From an uncultured Acidobacteriaceae bacterium (lineage in GTDB: Bacteria; Acidobacteriota; Terriglobia; Terriglobales; Acidobacteriaceae): a DNA stretch of 64,000 bases. Positions 12,665 through 21,435 of this stretch are shown in pieces. Where the stretch lies: positions 189,098 through 253,097 of the forward strand of contig CAVPBT010000005.1 of the NCBI GenBank assembly GCA_963701935.1, read 5' to 3'. The stretch's first letter is position 1. The number at the start of each line of letters is the position of its first letter. Under the pieces are notes generated by a model. The model made no database searches. It had not been told where the DNA came from and was given only the letters and a program-made list of their open reading frames with translations. Made by a program: the position numbers and the translations under genes.

Positions 12665-12952
12665 TCAGTTCACGAAAGAAAATCGCCCGGTCAGCTTCAT
12701 CAGCTTGAGGACTTTGTAGACGTCGACATTCACGTCGCGCAAAATAATCTTGACGCTCTTCTCATCGGCCACTCGGGCAAGCTCTTCCAAAGCCCGCACT
12801 GCACCCGAATCGATGCGTACTACGGAAGACAAATCCAGTACTGCCTCGCCTTCACTGCCGTCCAATTTCTCGCCCGCCTCGCGCAGGGCCGCAACCACGC
12901 GCGCTTCATCAATGTTCAGAAACACTGCATTCATTGCCATAGGCTCCGCCAT
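12665..12952 (-). CDS. STAS-domain protein (SpoIIAA/anti-sigma antagonist-like)
   Basis: 95 aa with the ...AVLDLSSVVRIDSGAVRALEELA... pattern. It lies 3 nt after the adhE stop and 33 nt before the WS/DGAT start. Confidence 0.75.
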   Translation of the reverse strand: MAEPMAMNAVFLNIDEARVVAALREAGEKLDGSEGEAVLDLSSVVRIDSGAVRALEELARVADEKSVKIILRDVNVDVYKVLKLMKLTGRFSFVN

Positions 12953-12955
12953 TCT

Positions 12956-15623
12956 TCAGACAGTAATGTGCTCGACGGTGCTGCTCACCGTCCCCGCACC
13001 TCGTCCTTCATAAGCCTTCCAGAACAACTCGACCAGTTCCGTCATCAGAGGCATCCGGGGGTTCGAACGCCACGACGGATCTTCAAACGCAATTCGGGCC
13101 AGTTCGGGGACGGCCCGTTCGAATTCCTCTTTGGAAATTCCCAGTTCAGCGATCGATCGCGGAAATCCCAACAAATCGAGCAACTGCTCTGTCGCCGCGA
13201 TCAGGTTGTTTACCTTTTCATCGACGGTATGTCCGCCCAGACTCAGCTGATCCGCGACCGTCGCGTACTTCTTGTGTGCCGTGTACCCTTTCGTGTAAGG
13301 CGACGGCATGAACTTGGTGGGGACCGCGGCGTTGTAAGCAATCACGTGCGGCAGCATGAGCGCGTTGGCGCGCCCGTGCGCGACGCCGAAGCGTGCTCCA
13401 AAAGCGTGAGCCAGGGCGTGGTTCACTCCTACCGAAGCATTCGAGAACGCCATCGCCGCAATGCAGGCGGCATTGTGCATCATAGATCGAGCTTCTTCAT
13501 CCCGGGGATGCTCATAGGCAATCGGCAGATACTTGAATACCAACCGAATCGCCTGCATGGCGCTGGAATCGGTGTAGGGCGAAGCATAGTTCGAAACTCC
13601 TGCCTCCAAGGCATGGGTCAGGCAATCAATCCCGGTATCCGCGGTTAAGCCCTTCGGCATGGTCATCACGAACTGCGGATCGACAATGGCGACATCCGGG
13701 GTCAGGGAGTAATCGGCCAGCGTGACTTTGCGCCCGCTTTCCTTGTCTGTCAGGACCGCGAACGGTGTGACTTCGCTTCCTGTGCCGCTGGTGGTTGAAA
13801 TCGCGATGAGTCTCGCCTGGTTCGCTTTCTCCGTTGGATAGCGCGCGACCCGCTTGCGCAAATCCAGGAAGGGCGCCGCCAGATATTCCAGATCGGCCTC
13901 CGGCGATTCGTACTTGAGCTTCATGATCTTCGCCGCGTCAATGACCGACCCGCCGCCCAGCGCGATGATCTGGTCCGCCTTATAGAAATTGAGCGCCTCC
14001 ACTCCCAACGCGATGACCTTCACTTCGGGCTCTGCATCCGGAATCACCTGCACATGGACGTGAGTCTTGGGACAGATGTGGCGCCGAACGATATCAACAT
14101 GTCCCATCTGCTCCAGGAGCGGGCTGGTCACGATGATGGTGGATAGCGACGGAAACTGCCGCAGGTTCTCCACCGCATTCATGTTGAAGTAGATCTGATT
14201 GGGAACCCGGAACCACATATGGTTTTGTGTCCTCCGAGCCACGCGCTTGATGTTGAGGTAATGAAAAACGTTGACATTATCGGTGGTGCTGTTGCCGCCG
14301 CCGGTTCCGCATCCGAAGGAAAACGTCGGCACCAGGTCGTTGTAAACCGCTCCCAGCGCTCCGATCGATCCCGGTGAATTGACGATGATGCGTCCCGCAT
14401 TGATCACTTGGCCAAATTTGCGAATGACCTCTTCGTTGCGCGAGAACACAACCGCCGTATGCCCAATTCCCCCGGCATGGTTCACGTCGACACATACTCG
14501 CAGTGCCTCAGCTACGGATTTCGCTCGATAGACCGCCAGTACCGGAAATAACTTCTCGACCGACAGCGGATGCTCGCGGCCCACACCCTGAATCGGCGCA
14601 ATCAGCAGCTTGGTATCAGGCTTCACCTTCAGGCCGACGAAGCGTGCGATATCAGCAAGCCTTCTGGCCAACCGCCATGGGCTGCATGAATCCGGTCTCC
14701 GGATCAATTACCGTGCGCTCGAGCAGCTTCGTTTCTTTGTCGTTGCAGATGTGTGCTCCCAGGTCCGCGAATTTCTTCAGCACGGCGTCATAAATCTCGT
14801 CGTCGATGACCACCGTCTGTTCAGACGCGCAAATCGTTCCGTTGTCGAACGTCTTGGAAACGATGATGTCCACCACGGCCGTGTTCACGTCGGCCGTCTT
14901 CTCCAAATAAACTGGCGTATTACCAGCCCCAACACCCAAGGCCGGTTTGCCGGAGCTGTAGGCGGCCTTGACCACGCCCGGTCCACCGGTGGCGTCGATC
15001 AGCCCGATATCCTTGTGCTTCATCAGGTAGGCGTTGTCGGGAAGCGTCGGCGATTCGAGGCAAGTAAACACGCCCTCCGGCGCACCGTGTTTCACGGCCG
15101 CCTCATACATGATCCTTACCGCTTCTGCACAGCAATGCCACGCCTTCGGGTGCGGACTGAAAATAACCGCGTTCCGCGTCTTGATGGCCATGATGCACTT
15201 GAACAAGACCGTGGATGTGGGATTCGTAATCGGAGTCAGCGAGAAGAGAACGCCGATCGGTTCCGCCATCTCGATCAAATTGCGCTCCGGAATCTCGCGG
15301 ATCACGCCGACCGTGCGCTTGTCCTTCACGTAGTTGTAGACAAACTCGCTGGCCACCATGTTCTTGATGACCTTGTCTTCCAGCACGCCGAGCCGGGTTT
15401 CCTCCACCGCCAGCCGCGCAAGATATTGAGCTTGTGCCAGCCCCGCCAGAACCATCGGTTTAACGATCCGATCGACATCCTCCTGAGTAAACTGGCTGAA
15501 CACCGCAGCAGCGGTTCTGGCCTGACTGACCAGTCCTTCGAGGTAGGCGATCCGTTCCGCGCTCAGACCTTCAACCGCCAGCGGAATTTGAACTCGTTCT
15601 TTTACGACGTCAGCTACGGTCAT
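12956..15623 (-). pseudogene. adhE: bifunctional acetaldehyde-CoA/alcohol dehydrogenase AdhE, interrupted by one frameshift (as sequenced)
   Basis: Two abutting ORFs (15623-14652, 323 aa; 14707-12956, 583 aa) overlap in different frames. The joined length is 2668 nt (3n+1). Motifs include GGIGHTAVVFS, GCGTGGGNSTTDNV and ISTTSGTGSEVTPFAV. The inferred junction is ...PMAVGQK/LADIARFVGLKVKPDTK. Confidence 0.85.
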
Positions 15624-15905
15624 CGCTTCCTCCGTTGGGCTTGTTCAGGAACGATCTGCCGCACGAGTGTGCATGGCTGGACATATCATCCGGATTAGCG
15701 TTCGGAGTCGGGACCTACCGCGTCTGTCGCGCGCACGAATCTCGCAATTCCATCGGAAATCGGATCATCGTGGGAGTTCGCGTCAGGTGTGAGAACAACT
15801 TCGGAGGTGTCGGCTGTCTGGGATCCGGGGAGCACGAGAGTTCAGCCTCGTCCCAAAGTAGAACTCCCAAACTTGGCTTGGTCAGCAACCACTGTCACGT
15901 GGCCC

Positions 15906-15921
15906 TGTGATGAACATCACA
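15906..15921. promoter_or_regulatory. CRP/FNR-family type palindrome TGTGATGAACATCACA
   Basis: A perfect TGTGA-N6-TCACA (also TGTGAT-N4-ATCACA) lies in the 356-nt gap upstream of adhE. Confidence 0.5.
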
Positions 15922-15979
15922 CGGTTTTCCTTGGGGCAGAAACACTACGGGTATCGGATTCGTGACACCTGCCGCGGCG

Positions 15980-17659
15980 TCAGCCCGCGAGGGAGCGTGT
16001 GGCAGTGGAACTCGCAGCCGTATCGGTCCACCGCGTCTCTCTCGCGGAAGGAATCAGACTCATCGCGCGCTCGGCCAACGCGGTGATCGTGAGACTGGGG
16101 TTGACCCCGAGATTGCTCGCCAGAACCGAGCCGTCGCAGATGTACATGTTGCGATAGCCAAAGACCCGATGATGATGATCGACGACACCGTGCTCCGGTG
16201 AATCGGCGATGACACAACCCCCAATGCAGTGCGCCGTGCCGGGAATATCAAATAGAATTTCGGGAAGCATGCTCATGGCTGTGCCCCCCGCGACGTCGGC
16301 AAATTTTCGGGCAAACTCGTTGGCCTTCGGAATGTAGGTTGGCACCTTATCGCCGCGACTCACCAGCGTCTTCGAGAACGGCCAGAACCACGACCGCTGC
16401 CACCGCATCTCAATATGCCCCTCGACCGCTTGCATGCAAAGGAGGATCGTAGCCTCCCGAGCCCAGCCCCATGGCCGAAACAAACGAAGAGCCTTGAGCG
16501 GGTGCAACAGCAGGTGACCCAGCATATTTTTCACCCACATCCCGATGCGCAAGAATCCGGGGCGGCCGTCGGTCAGCATCGTGGTGAGCAGACCCATAGT
16601 GTCGGAACCTTTTGGATACCGTACGGCCTCAATGTGCGTATGTTCGTCGATGTAGATGCCGGATCCGATCGCGATGCCCTGCGACAAATCGTCAACACAC
16701 CGCGGTACACGCGCACCGATGATCGATTCCGAGTTCGTGCGGACGTGTTTCCCTAGACGATCGCTGATGCGGGGCAGCGAGCCGTTATCCTTGAGCCGAA
16801 ACAGCAACTCCATCGTGCCGAGCGACGACGCGGAAAAAACAACCCCGCGGCTGGTCAGTCTCCGTGGTTGCCGTGACAGCCAAGACGTCGAACTCTCGGT
16901 TTGAACTGCGTACCCCGCGTTTCCGTCGCCCGCGCCAGGAAGGGGTCGCACGTTCACCACCTTCGTCTCCGGAAACACCACGGCCCCGTGTTTTTCCGCC
17001 AGATACAGGTAGTTGAGATCGAGGGTGTTCTTCGCGCCGTAGCGGCAACCCATCATGCAACCACCGCAGCCGGTGCAGGTAGTTCGCGGCGGACCCTCGC
17101 CGCCAAAATATGGATCAGGCGCCGTCTCGTTCTGTGCGCCTCCCTCCGCTGCCTGGAAGATGCCGACACGAGTGCGGTAAAACGTATGGTCGACACCAGC
17201 TATTTCTCCGGTCCTTTTCAGGAGTTCATCAGCAGAACCGAGAATGTTGTTTTGCGTTATGCCCAGCATGCGCGACGCCGTCTGATAATGGCGCGGCATC
17301 TCCGTTTTCCAGTCGGTCAAACCAGCCCATGATCCGGATTGCCAGACTTTGTCCGGCGGAGGCAGCAGAGTGGCGGCATACGTGATCGATCCTCCGCCAA
17401 CCGCACAGCCGTGGAAGATCGTGGCATGGCGGAAGAACCGCATATTGAAGAAGCCATGCAGCCCCATGCTCGGCCGCCAGAACCAGCGATGAATCGACCA
17501 ACTGGTGCGCGGAAATGAGAGGGGCGCCCAGCGGCGCCCCATCTCAATCACGGCAACCCGATATCCCTTCTCTACCAACCGAAGGGCGGAAACACTACCT
17601 CCAAAGCCGGACCCGATCACGATGAAGTCGAAATCAAATTTACGGCTACGAGCTGCCAT
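15980..17659 (-). CDS. GMC-family FAD-dependent oxidoreductase (cholesterol/alcohol oxidase-like)
   Basis: 559 aa. It has an N-terminal FAD fold FDFIVIGSGFGGSVSALRLVEKGYRVAVIEMG and a C-terminal ...HRVFGYRNMYICDGSV...NPSLTITALAERA. Confidence 0.85.
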   Translation of the reverse strand: MAARSRKFDFDFIVIGSGFGGSVSALRLVEKGYRVAVIEMGRRWAPLSFPRTSWSIHRWFWRPSMGLHGFFNMRFFRHATIFHGCAVGGGSITYAATLLPPPDKVWQSGSWAGLTDWKTEMPRHYQTASRMLGITQNNILGSADELLKRTGEIAGVDHTFYRTRVGIFQAAEGGAQNETAPDPYFGGEGPPRTTCTGCGGCMMGCRYGAKNTLDLNYLYLAEKHGAVVFPETKVVNVRPLPGAGDGNAGYAVQTESSTSWLSRQPRRLTSRGVVFSASSLGTMELLFRLKDNGSLPRISDRLGKHVRTNSESIIGARVPRCVDDLSQGIAIGSGIYIDEHTHIEAVRYPKGSDTMGLLTTMLTDGRPGFLRIGMWVKNMLGHLLLHPLKALRLFRPWGWAREATILLCMQAVEGHIEMRWQRSWFWPFSKTLVSRGDKVPTYIPKANEFARKFADVAGGTAMSMLPEILFDIPGTAHCIGGCVIADSPEHGVVDHHHRVFGYRNMYICDGSVLASNLGVNPSLTITALAERAMSLIPSARETRWTDTAASSTATRSLAG

Positions 17660-17698
17660 GCTGCACCATCCTCGCGGTCCGGTTAGACGACGCGAAGC

Positions 17699-19492
17699 TT
17701 AAGCGACCACATACTTCCCGGTCTCGATGACTTTCTGGGCAATGGCCTGCCGCAGCGATACTGTGTTGAACGGCTCGTACTTGCACAGCCGCCGCAAAAT
17801 CGCCAGCTGCGACCGCAGCATGTCGCCATCGGCGCACGCGGCAATGACCATCCTCGCCGCGCTTTCGATCTTCTCCATCGCACCCGACATGTAGACGCGG
17901 GTCATCGCCACAGCGTGCCCTGACCCCGCTTCGCCATGCTTCGCGGCCAGTTTCTGCGCGCGCAGCACGGCGGACTCCATGGCATAGGTTTCGATCGTCA
18001 TGTTCGCGATCGCACCCATAATCTCCTGCTGATCCTGAATCGCCTGCATGTATTTCTGAGTCGCAATGCCGGCGGCGAAGAGGCCGATCTTCTTTGCCGT
18101 CGCCACCAGTTTGCGTTCTTGAGCAAGAAGCCCTTCCTCGCCCTCGTCTGACGTCCCCGACAGGACCTCATCCATCAGCTTCTTGATCGCCGCCATCAAT
18201 GGAAGTTGCCCAGACATGGCACGCTTCAGCAAAAAACCGGTGATGAGCAGCCGGTTGATTTCGTTCGTGCCTTCGAAGATCCGGTTCACCCTTACGTCCC
18301 GGTAGTTGCGTTCGGCGGGATATTCCTCGACGAACCCATACCCGCCGTAGATCTGCACCGATTCATCGACGACGTAGTCGATGAACTCCGATCCCCATAC
18401 TTTGAGAATCGAGCATTCCACGGCATATTCATCGATCACCTTGCGAACCTGCGCCATGTCTTTGTGCTGCTCCCCGAGTTGCGCAATAGCGGCATCCATC
18501 ATGCCGACGGTGCGATACGCCATGGCCTCCCCGGTGAAGATGCCTGCCGCCATGTTCGCCAGCTTCTCGCGGATCAAGCCGAAATCCGCAATCACTTTCC
18601 CGAACGCCTTGCGCTGCTTGGCATACGCGATCGCACTCTCAATGCAGTTCCGCGCTGAGCCCACGCATCCTGCACCCAGTTTGAACCGTCCCACATTCAG
18701 AACGTTAAATGCAATGTGGTGCCCCTTGCCGATCTCGCCAAGCACATTCTCCACCGGGACCTGGCAATCGTTGAGAATCAGTGGACACGTCGACGATCCT
18801 CGGATCCCCATCTTGTGTTCTTCCGCGCCCACCGAAAATCCCGGGAACCCGCGCTCCACGATAAAAGCGGTGAACTTATCGCCGCTCACCTTGGCAAACA
18901 CGATGAACAGGTCGGCGAACCCGGCATTGGTGATCCACATTTTTTCGCCGTTCAATACATAGTGCTTGCCGTCGGCCGACAACTTCGCCTGCGTGCGGCA
19001 ATTCAGAGCATCCGATCCCGACGATGACTCCGACAACGCATAGGCGCCGACAGTCTCCCCGCTGGCCAGCCCTGGCAGATATTTCTTCTTCTGTTCTTCC
19101 GTACCGAAGTAAACGATGGGCAGAGTCCCAATGCAGGTGTGAGCGCCCCACGTCGTGCTGAAGCCGCCGTACTTTGCGATCCGGTCCGCGATGATGGCGG
19201 AAGTGACCTTATCCATCTCCATGCCGCCGTACTGCTCGGGCACATCCACACCGCTCAACCCGAGTTCTCCAGCCTTCTTCACCAGTTCTCGGACAATGGT
19301 GAAGTTCTTGTGCTCCATGTTTTCAATGTTGGGAACGATTTCCTTGATGGCAAATTCTTCCGCAGTTTGGGCGATGAGTCGATGCTGCTCGCTAAAATCT
19401 TCTGGAGTAAAAACATCTTCCGGCGCCCGCTCCTCGATCAGGAAACTGCCGCCGCGGATCTTGCTACCCGGTATTGCAGTGACCGTAGCCAT
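17699..19492 (-). CDS. acyl-CoA dehydrogenase (long FadE-like form)
   Basis: 597 aa. The ACAD core includes ...GAYALSESSSGSDA...KMWITNAGFADLFIVFAK...YRDVRVNRIFEGTNEI..., followed by an extra C-terminal helical domain. Confidence 0.9.
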   Translation of the reverse strand: MATVTAIPGSKIRGGSFLIEERAPEDVFTPEDFSEQHRLIAQTAEEFAIKEIVPNIENMEHKNFTIVRELVKKAGELGLSGVDVPEQYGGMEMDKVTSAIIADRIAKYGGFSTTWGAHTCIGTLPIVYFGTEEQKKKYLPGLASGETVGAYALSESSSGSDALNCRTQAKLSADGKHYVLNGEKMWITNAGFADLFIVFAKVSGDKFTAFIVERGFPGFSVGAEEHKMGIRGSSTCPLILNDCQVPVENVLGEIGKGHHIAFNVLNVGRFKLGAGCVGSARNCIESAIAYAKQRKAFGKVIADFGLIREKLANMAAGIFTGEAMAYRTVGMMDAAIAQLGEQHKDMAQVRKVIDEYAVECSILKVWGSEFIDYVVDESVQIYGGYGFVEEYPAERNYRDVRVNRIFEGTNEINRLLITGFLLKRAMSGQLPLMAAIKKLMDEVLSGTSDEGEEGLLAQERKLVATAKKIGLFAAGIATQKYMQAIQDQQEIMGAIANMTIETYAMESAVLRAQKLAAKHGEAGSGHAVAMTRVYMSGAMEKIESAARMVIAACADGDMLRSQLAILRRLCKYEPFNTVSLRQAIAQKVIETGKYVVA

Positions 19493-19703
19493 ATTCCTTC
19501 TCCCTCAGAACAATTGACTCGTGGGTTTCGGTTCAGCTCAGGACTCAAGCATCAGTCAGCGGCGACGGGGTTCATCTCTCCCTGCCGAGCCTCGCTCCCG
19601 AGATCGTGCGCAATGGCGCCCTCGGGCGAAAGTCTGTCTCTCGCCCGAAGACGCATAGGCCTTAATCAAGGCTCTGAACACTGTTAACAACAGATCCGGC
19701 CCC

Positions 19704-20618
19704 TCAGGCTACGGCCGCTGCCGCCTTCTTCACCGGCCGACGGGTATGGCGCTCCACCTTTGCCGCGGGCTTCGCTCCACCCGGTGTTTTCACCATGACG
19801 TCCATCAACTGCTTCTGGGCATCGACGTAGCTCTTTACTGCCTCCCGCGTGAGTTCGGTTACGGGAAGAAACGGAAACGGCTTCAGCAATTCCAGGGTCT
19901 TGCCTGCCGTTTTCACACCGGTGTTCATCTGCCGCCCCACAACGTCCATCAACCGCTTCTGCGCTTCCAGGAACGCATCCGTGGCTTTGCGCGCCAGTTC
20001 CGGCAACTCGGTCTTCTTCATTTTCTTTCCAGCGTTGCTGTGTTTGGTACCTGTCGCCCTCGCAGTCTCGTCGGCAAGGACGTCCATAAACTTCTTCTGC
20101 GCCTTGACGAAGTTCTCCATGCCCTCGCGGGCTAGATCGACCGCATGCTCCGGCTGGTAGGGCTTGCCGGCCTTGGCGGACTCTACCCAGGCATGCGTTT
20201 GCTTGCCGGCGATCTTCAGATACTCTTCCTGCATCTCGATGAACGTCTCCACGCTGCGCCGCAGCAGATCGGTCATCGCGTGCGCCGCGGGCCAGTCGCC
20301 CATCCGTTCCTTCACACCTGTGATCAGAAGTTCATTCTGCTGTTTGCCCAGTTCGAGCAGAACCTTCTGTCCTTCCAGGAAATTCGTCAGGCCATCTTCT
20401 GCGATCTCGCCGAGAATGGCGGTAGGAGAATGATGCGGGTCCGAGAGTTGCTGACGTACGGCGTGCATCACGCTGGCATTCTGCCGCATGGCCAGGTCGA
20501 TCAGGATCCGTTGCGTCGCGAATAATGTTTGCGCCCCTTGCTGCGCCCAACCCGAAAGCAGAGAGAGCGTCGACGACTCTTTCGGGTGAGTCGCTTCATG
20601 CCTTGTTGCCGCTGCCAT
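19704..20618 (-). CDS. phasin-like repeat protein (paralogue 1)
   Basis: The ATG at 20618 follows a GGAGG. The longer MLQCSN... start is the operator palindrome read as codons. Helical modules F-x-x-AQK-x-[LF]-MDV are repeated (NFVKAQKKFMDV, AFLEAQKRLMDV, SYVDAQKQLMDV). The protein has a basic tail and lies next to phaR. Confidence 0.6.
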   Translation of the reverse strand: MAAATRHEATHPKESSTLSLLSGWAQQGAQTLFATQRILIDLAMRQNASVMHAVRQQLSDPHHSPTAILGEIAEDGLTNFLEGQKVLLELGKQQNELLITGVKERMGDWPAAHAMTDLLRRSVETFIEMQEEYLKIAGKQTHAWVESAKAGKPYQPEHAVDLAREGMENFVKAQKKFMDVLADETARATGTKHSNAGKKMKKTELPELARKATDAFLEAQKRLMDVVGRQMNTGVKTAGKTLELLKPFPFLPVTELTREAVKSYVDAQKQLMDVMVKTPGGAKPAAKVERHTRRPVKKAAAAVA

Positions 20619-20632
20619 AAAATGCCTCCGAT

Positions 20633-20647
20633 TGCTGCATTGCAGCA
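20633..20647. promoter_or_regulatory. perfect palindrome TGCTGCATTGCAGCA, candidate PhaR operator (copy 1)
   Basis: This 7-1-7 palindrome has a CTGC-N3-GCAG core. It lies between the predicted -10 and the RBS of the phasin-like gene, about 70 nt from the divergent phaR start. Confidence 0.6.
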
Positions 20648-20655
20648 TCAGCTAA

Positions 20656-20684
20656 ACTATACGAAGAGAAGGGTCTTGTGTCAA
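20656..20684 (-). promoter_or_regulatory. sigma70-type promoter of phasin-like gene 1
   Basis: On the minus strand it reads TTGACA (20684-20679), a 17-nt spacer, then TATAGT (20661-20656). The operator begins 8 nt further downstream. Confidence 0.5.
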
Positions 20685-20718
20685 GATATTCCTGCATCCT
20701 TGTGCAAGGCAGCATGCA

Positions 20719-21255
20719 ATGGCGTCCATGAAACCCTCAACCATCCTCGTCAAGAAGTACGGCAATCGACGGTTGTACGACACAACCAGCAGCCGTTACG
20801 TGAACCTTGACGATCTTGCGGCTCACATCCGCGCGGGCCGCGAGGTCAAAGTCGTCGACGCCAAGACCGGGCAAGACCTGACCCGCGTCCTGTTGACGCA
20901 GATCATCACCGAAGACGCCAGGGACAAGCCGACGGGCTTACCCCTGGAACTGCTGCGGCAACTCATCATCGCGTCCGATGAGGTGCGGCAGGAATTTCTC
21001 ATGTGGTATCTGAAGTCCGCGTTTGACACGTATGAGAAGGTGCAGGATGCCGTGCAGAACCGCCTGAGCGAGGTCCAGTCCGCCATCCTCTCCCCCGTCG
21101 ATATGATGAAACGCTTTCTGGGAACGGGCGCCTCTCCGCCTTCGCGCGCGGACTCGGAGCCGGAGGTTGAGGCCCTGCGCAAGCGCGTCGCGGAACTCGA
21201 GGCCCGTCTGAAAAAGCCCGCGCCCGCGAAGCGCCGCGCCCGCAAGAAGCATTGA
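20719..21255 (+). CDS. phaR: polyhydroxyalkanoate synthesis repressor PhaR
   Basis: 178 aa. The N-terminus ...ILVKKYGNRRLYDTTSSRYVNLDDLAAHIRAGREVKVVDAKTGQDLTRVLLTQII... is the PHB_acc_N/PhaR DNA-binding signature. Confidence 0.85.
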   Translation: MASMKPSTILVKKYGNRRLYDTTSSRYVNLDDLAAHIRAGREVKVVDAKTGQDLTRVLLTQIITEDARDKPTGLPLELLRQLIIASDEVRQEFLMWYLKSAFDTYEKVQDAVQNRLSEVQSAILSPVDMMKRFLGTGASPPSRADSEPEVEALRKRVAELEARLKKPAPAKRRARKKH

Positions 21256-21291
21256 ATTTTGGTTCAGCGTGGAACACAACCATCTTGGGGC

Positions 21292-21340
21292 GTCATCCTG
21301 AGCGGAGCCGTTTTTCAGGCGAAGCGAAGGATCTCTCGCG
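21292..21340 (+). repeat. REP-like element GTCATCCTGAGCGG...CGAAGGATC (copy A)
   Basis: It is intergenic, after the phaR stop. It shares its termini with inverted copies at 55084-55150 and 59804-59849. Confidence 0.5.
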
Positions 21341-21383
21341 CTCCGAGCACAAACTAGGCCAAACACTACCCGGAAAATCTCTC

Positions 21384-21426
21384 TTGGACAGGCAAGGCAC
21401 TCGGGGTATAATTTTGCAGTGCAGCA
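21384..21426 (+). promoter_or_regulatory. sigma70-type promoter with overlapping degenerate PhaR-type site
   Basis: TTGGAC (21384-21389), a 17-nt spacer, then TATAAT (21407-21412). TTTTGCAGTGCAGCA (21412-21426) matches the palindrome at 12 of 14 arm positions. Confidence 0.5.
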
Positions 21427-21435
21427 ACCGCCCTT

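Noticed and set aside
12212-15698. Long plus-strand ORFs 12212-13648 (478 aa) and 14610-15698 (362 aa)
   Set aside because: They are antisense to WS/DGAT, STAS and adhE, which have strong family motifs. Their composition is Arg/His/Gly-rich with no recognisable domain, so they are shadow ORFs.
19660-19680. Palindrome TGTTAACA in the gap upstream of the acyl-CoA dehydrogenase (possible TetR/FadR-type operator)
   Set aside because: It is only 8 bp, has no second copy in the window and has no adjacent regulator gene.
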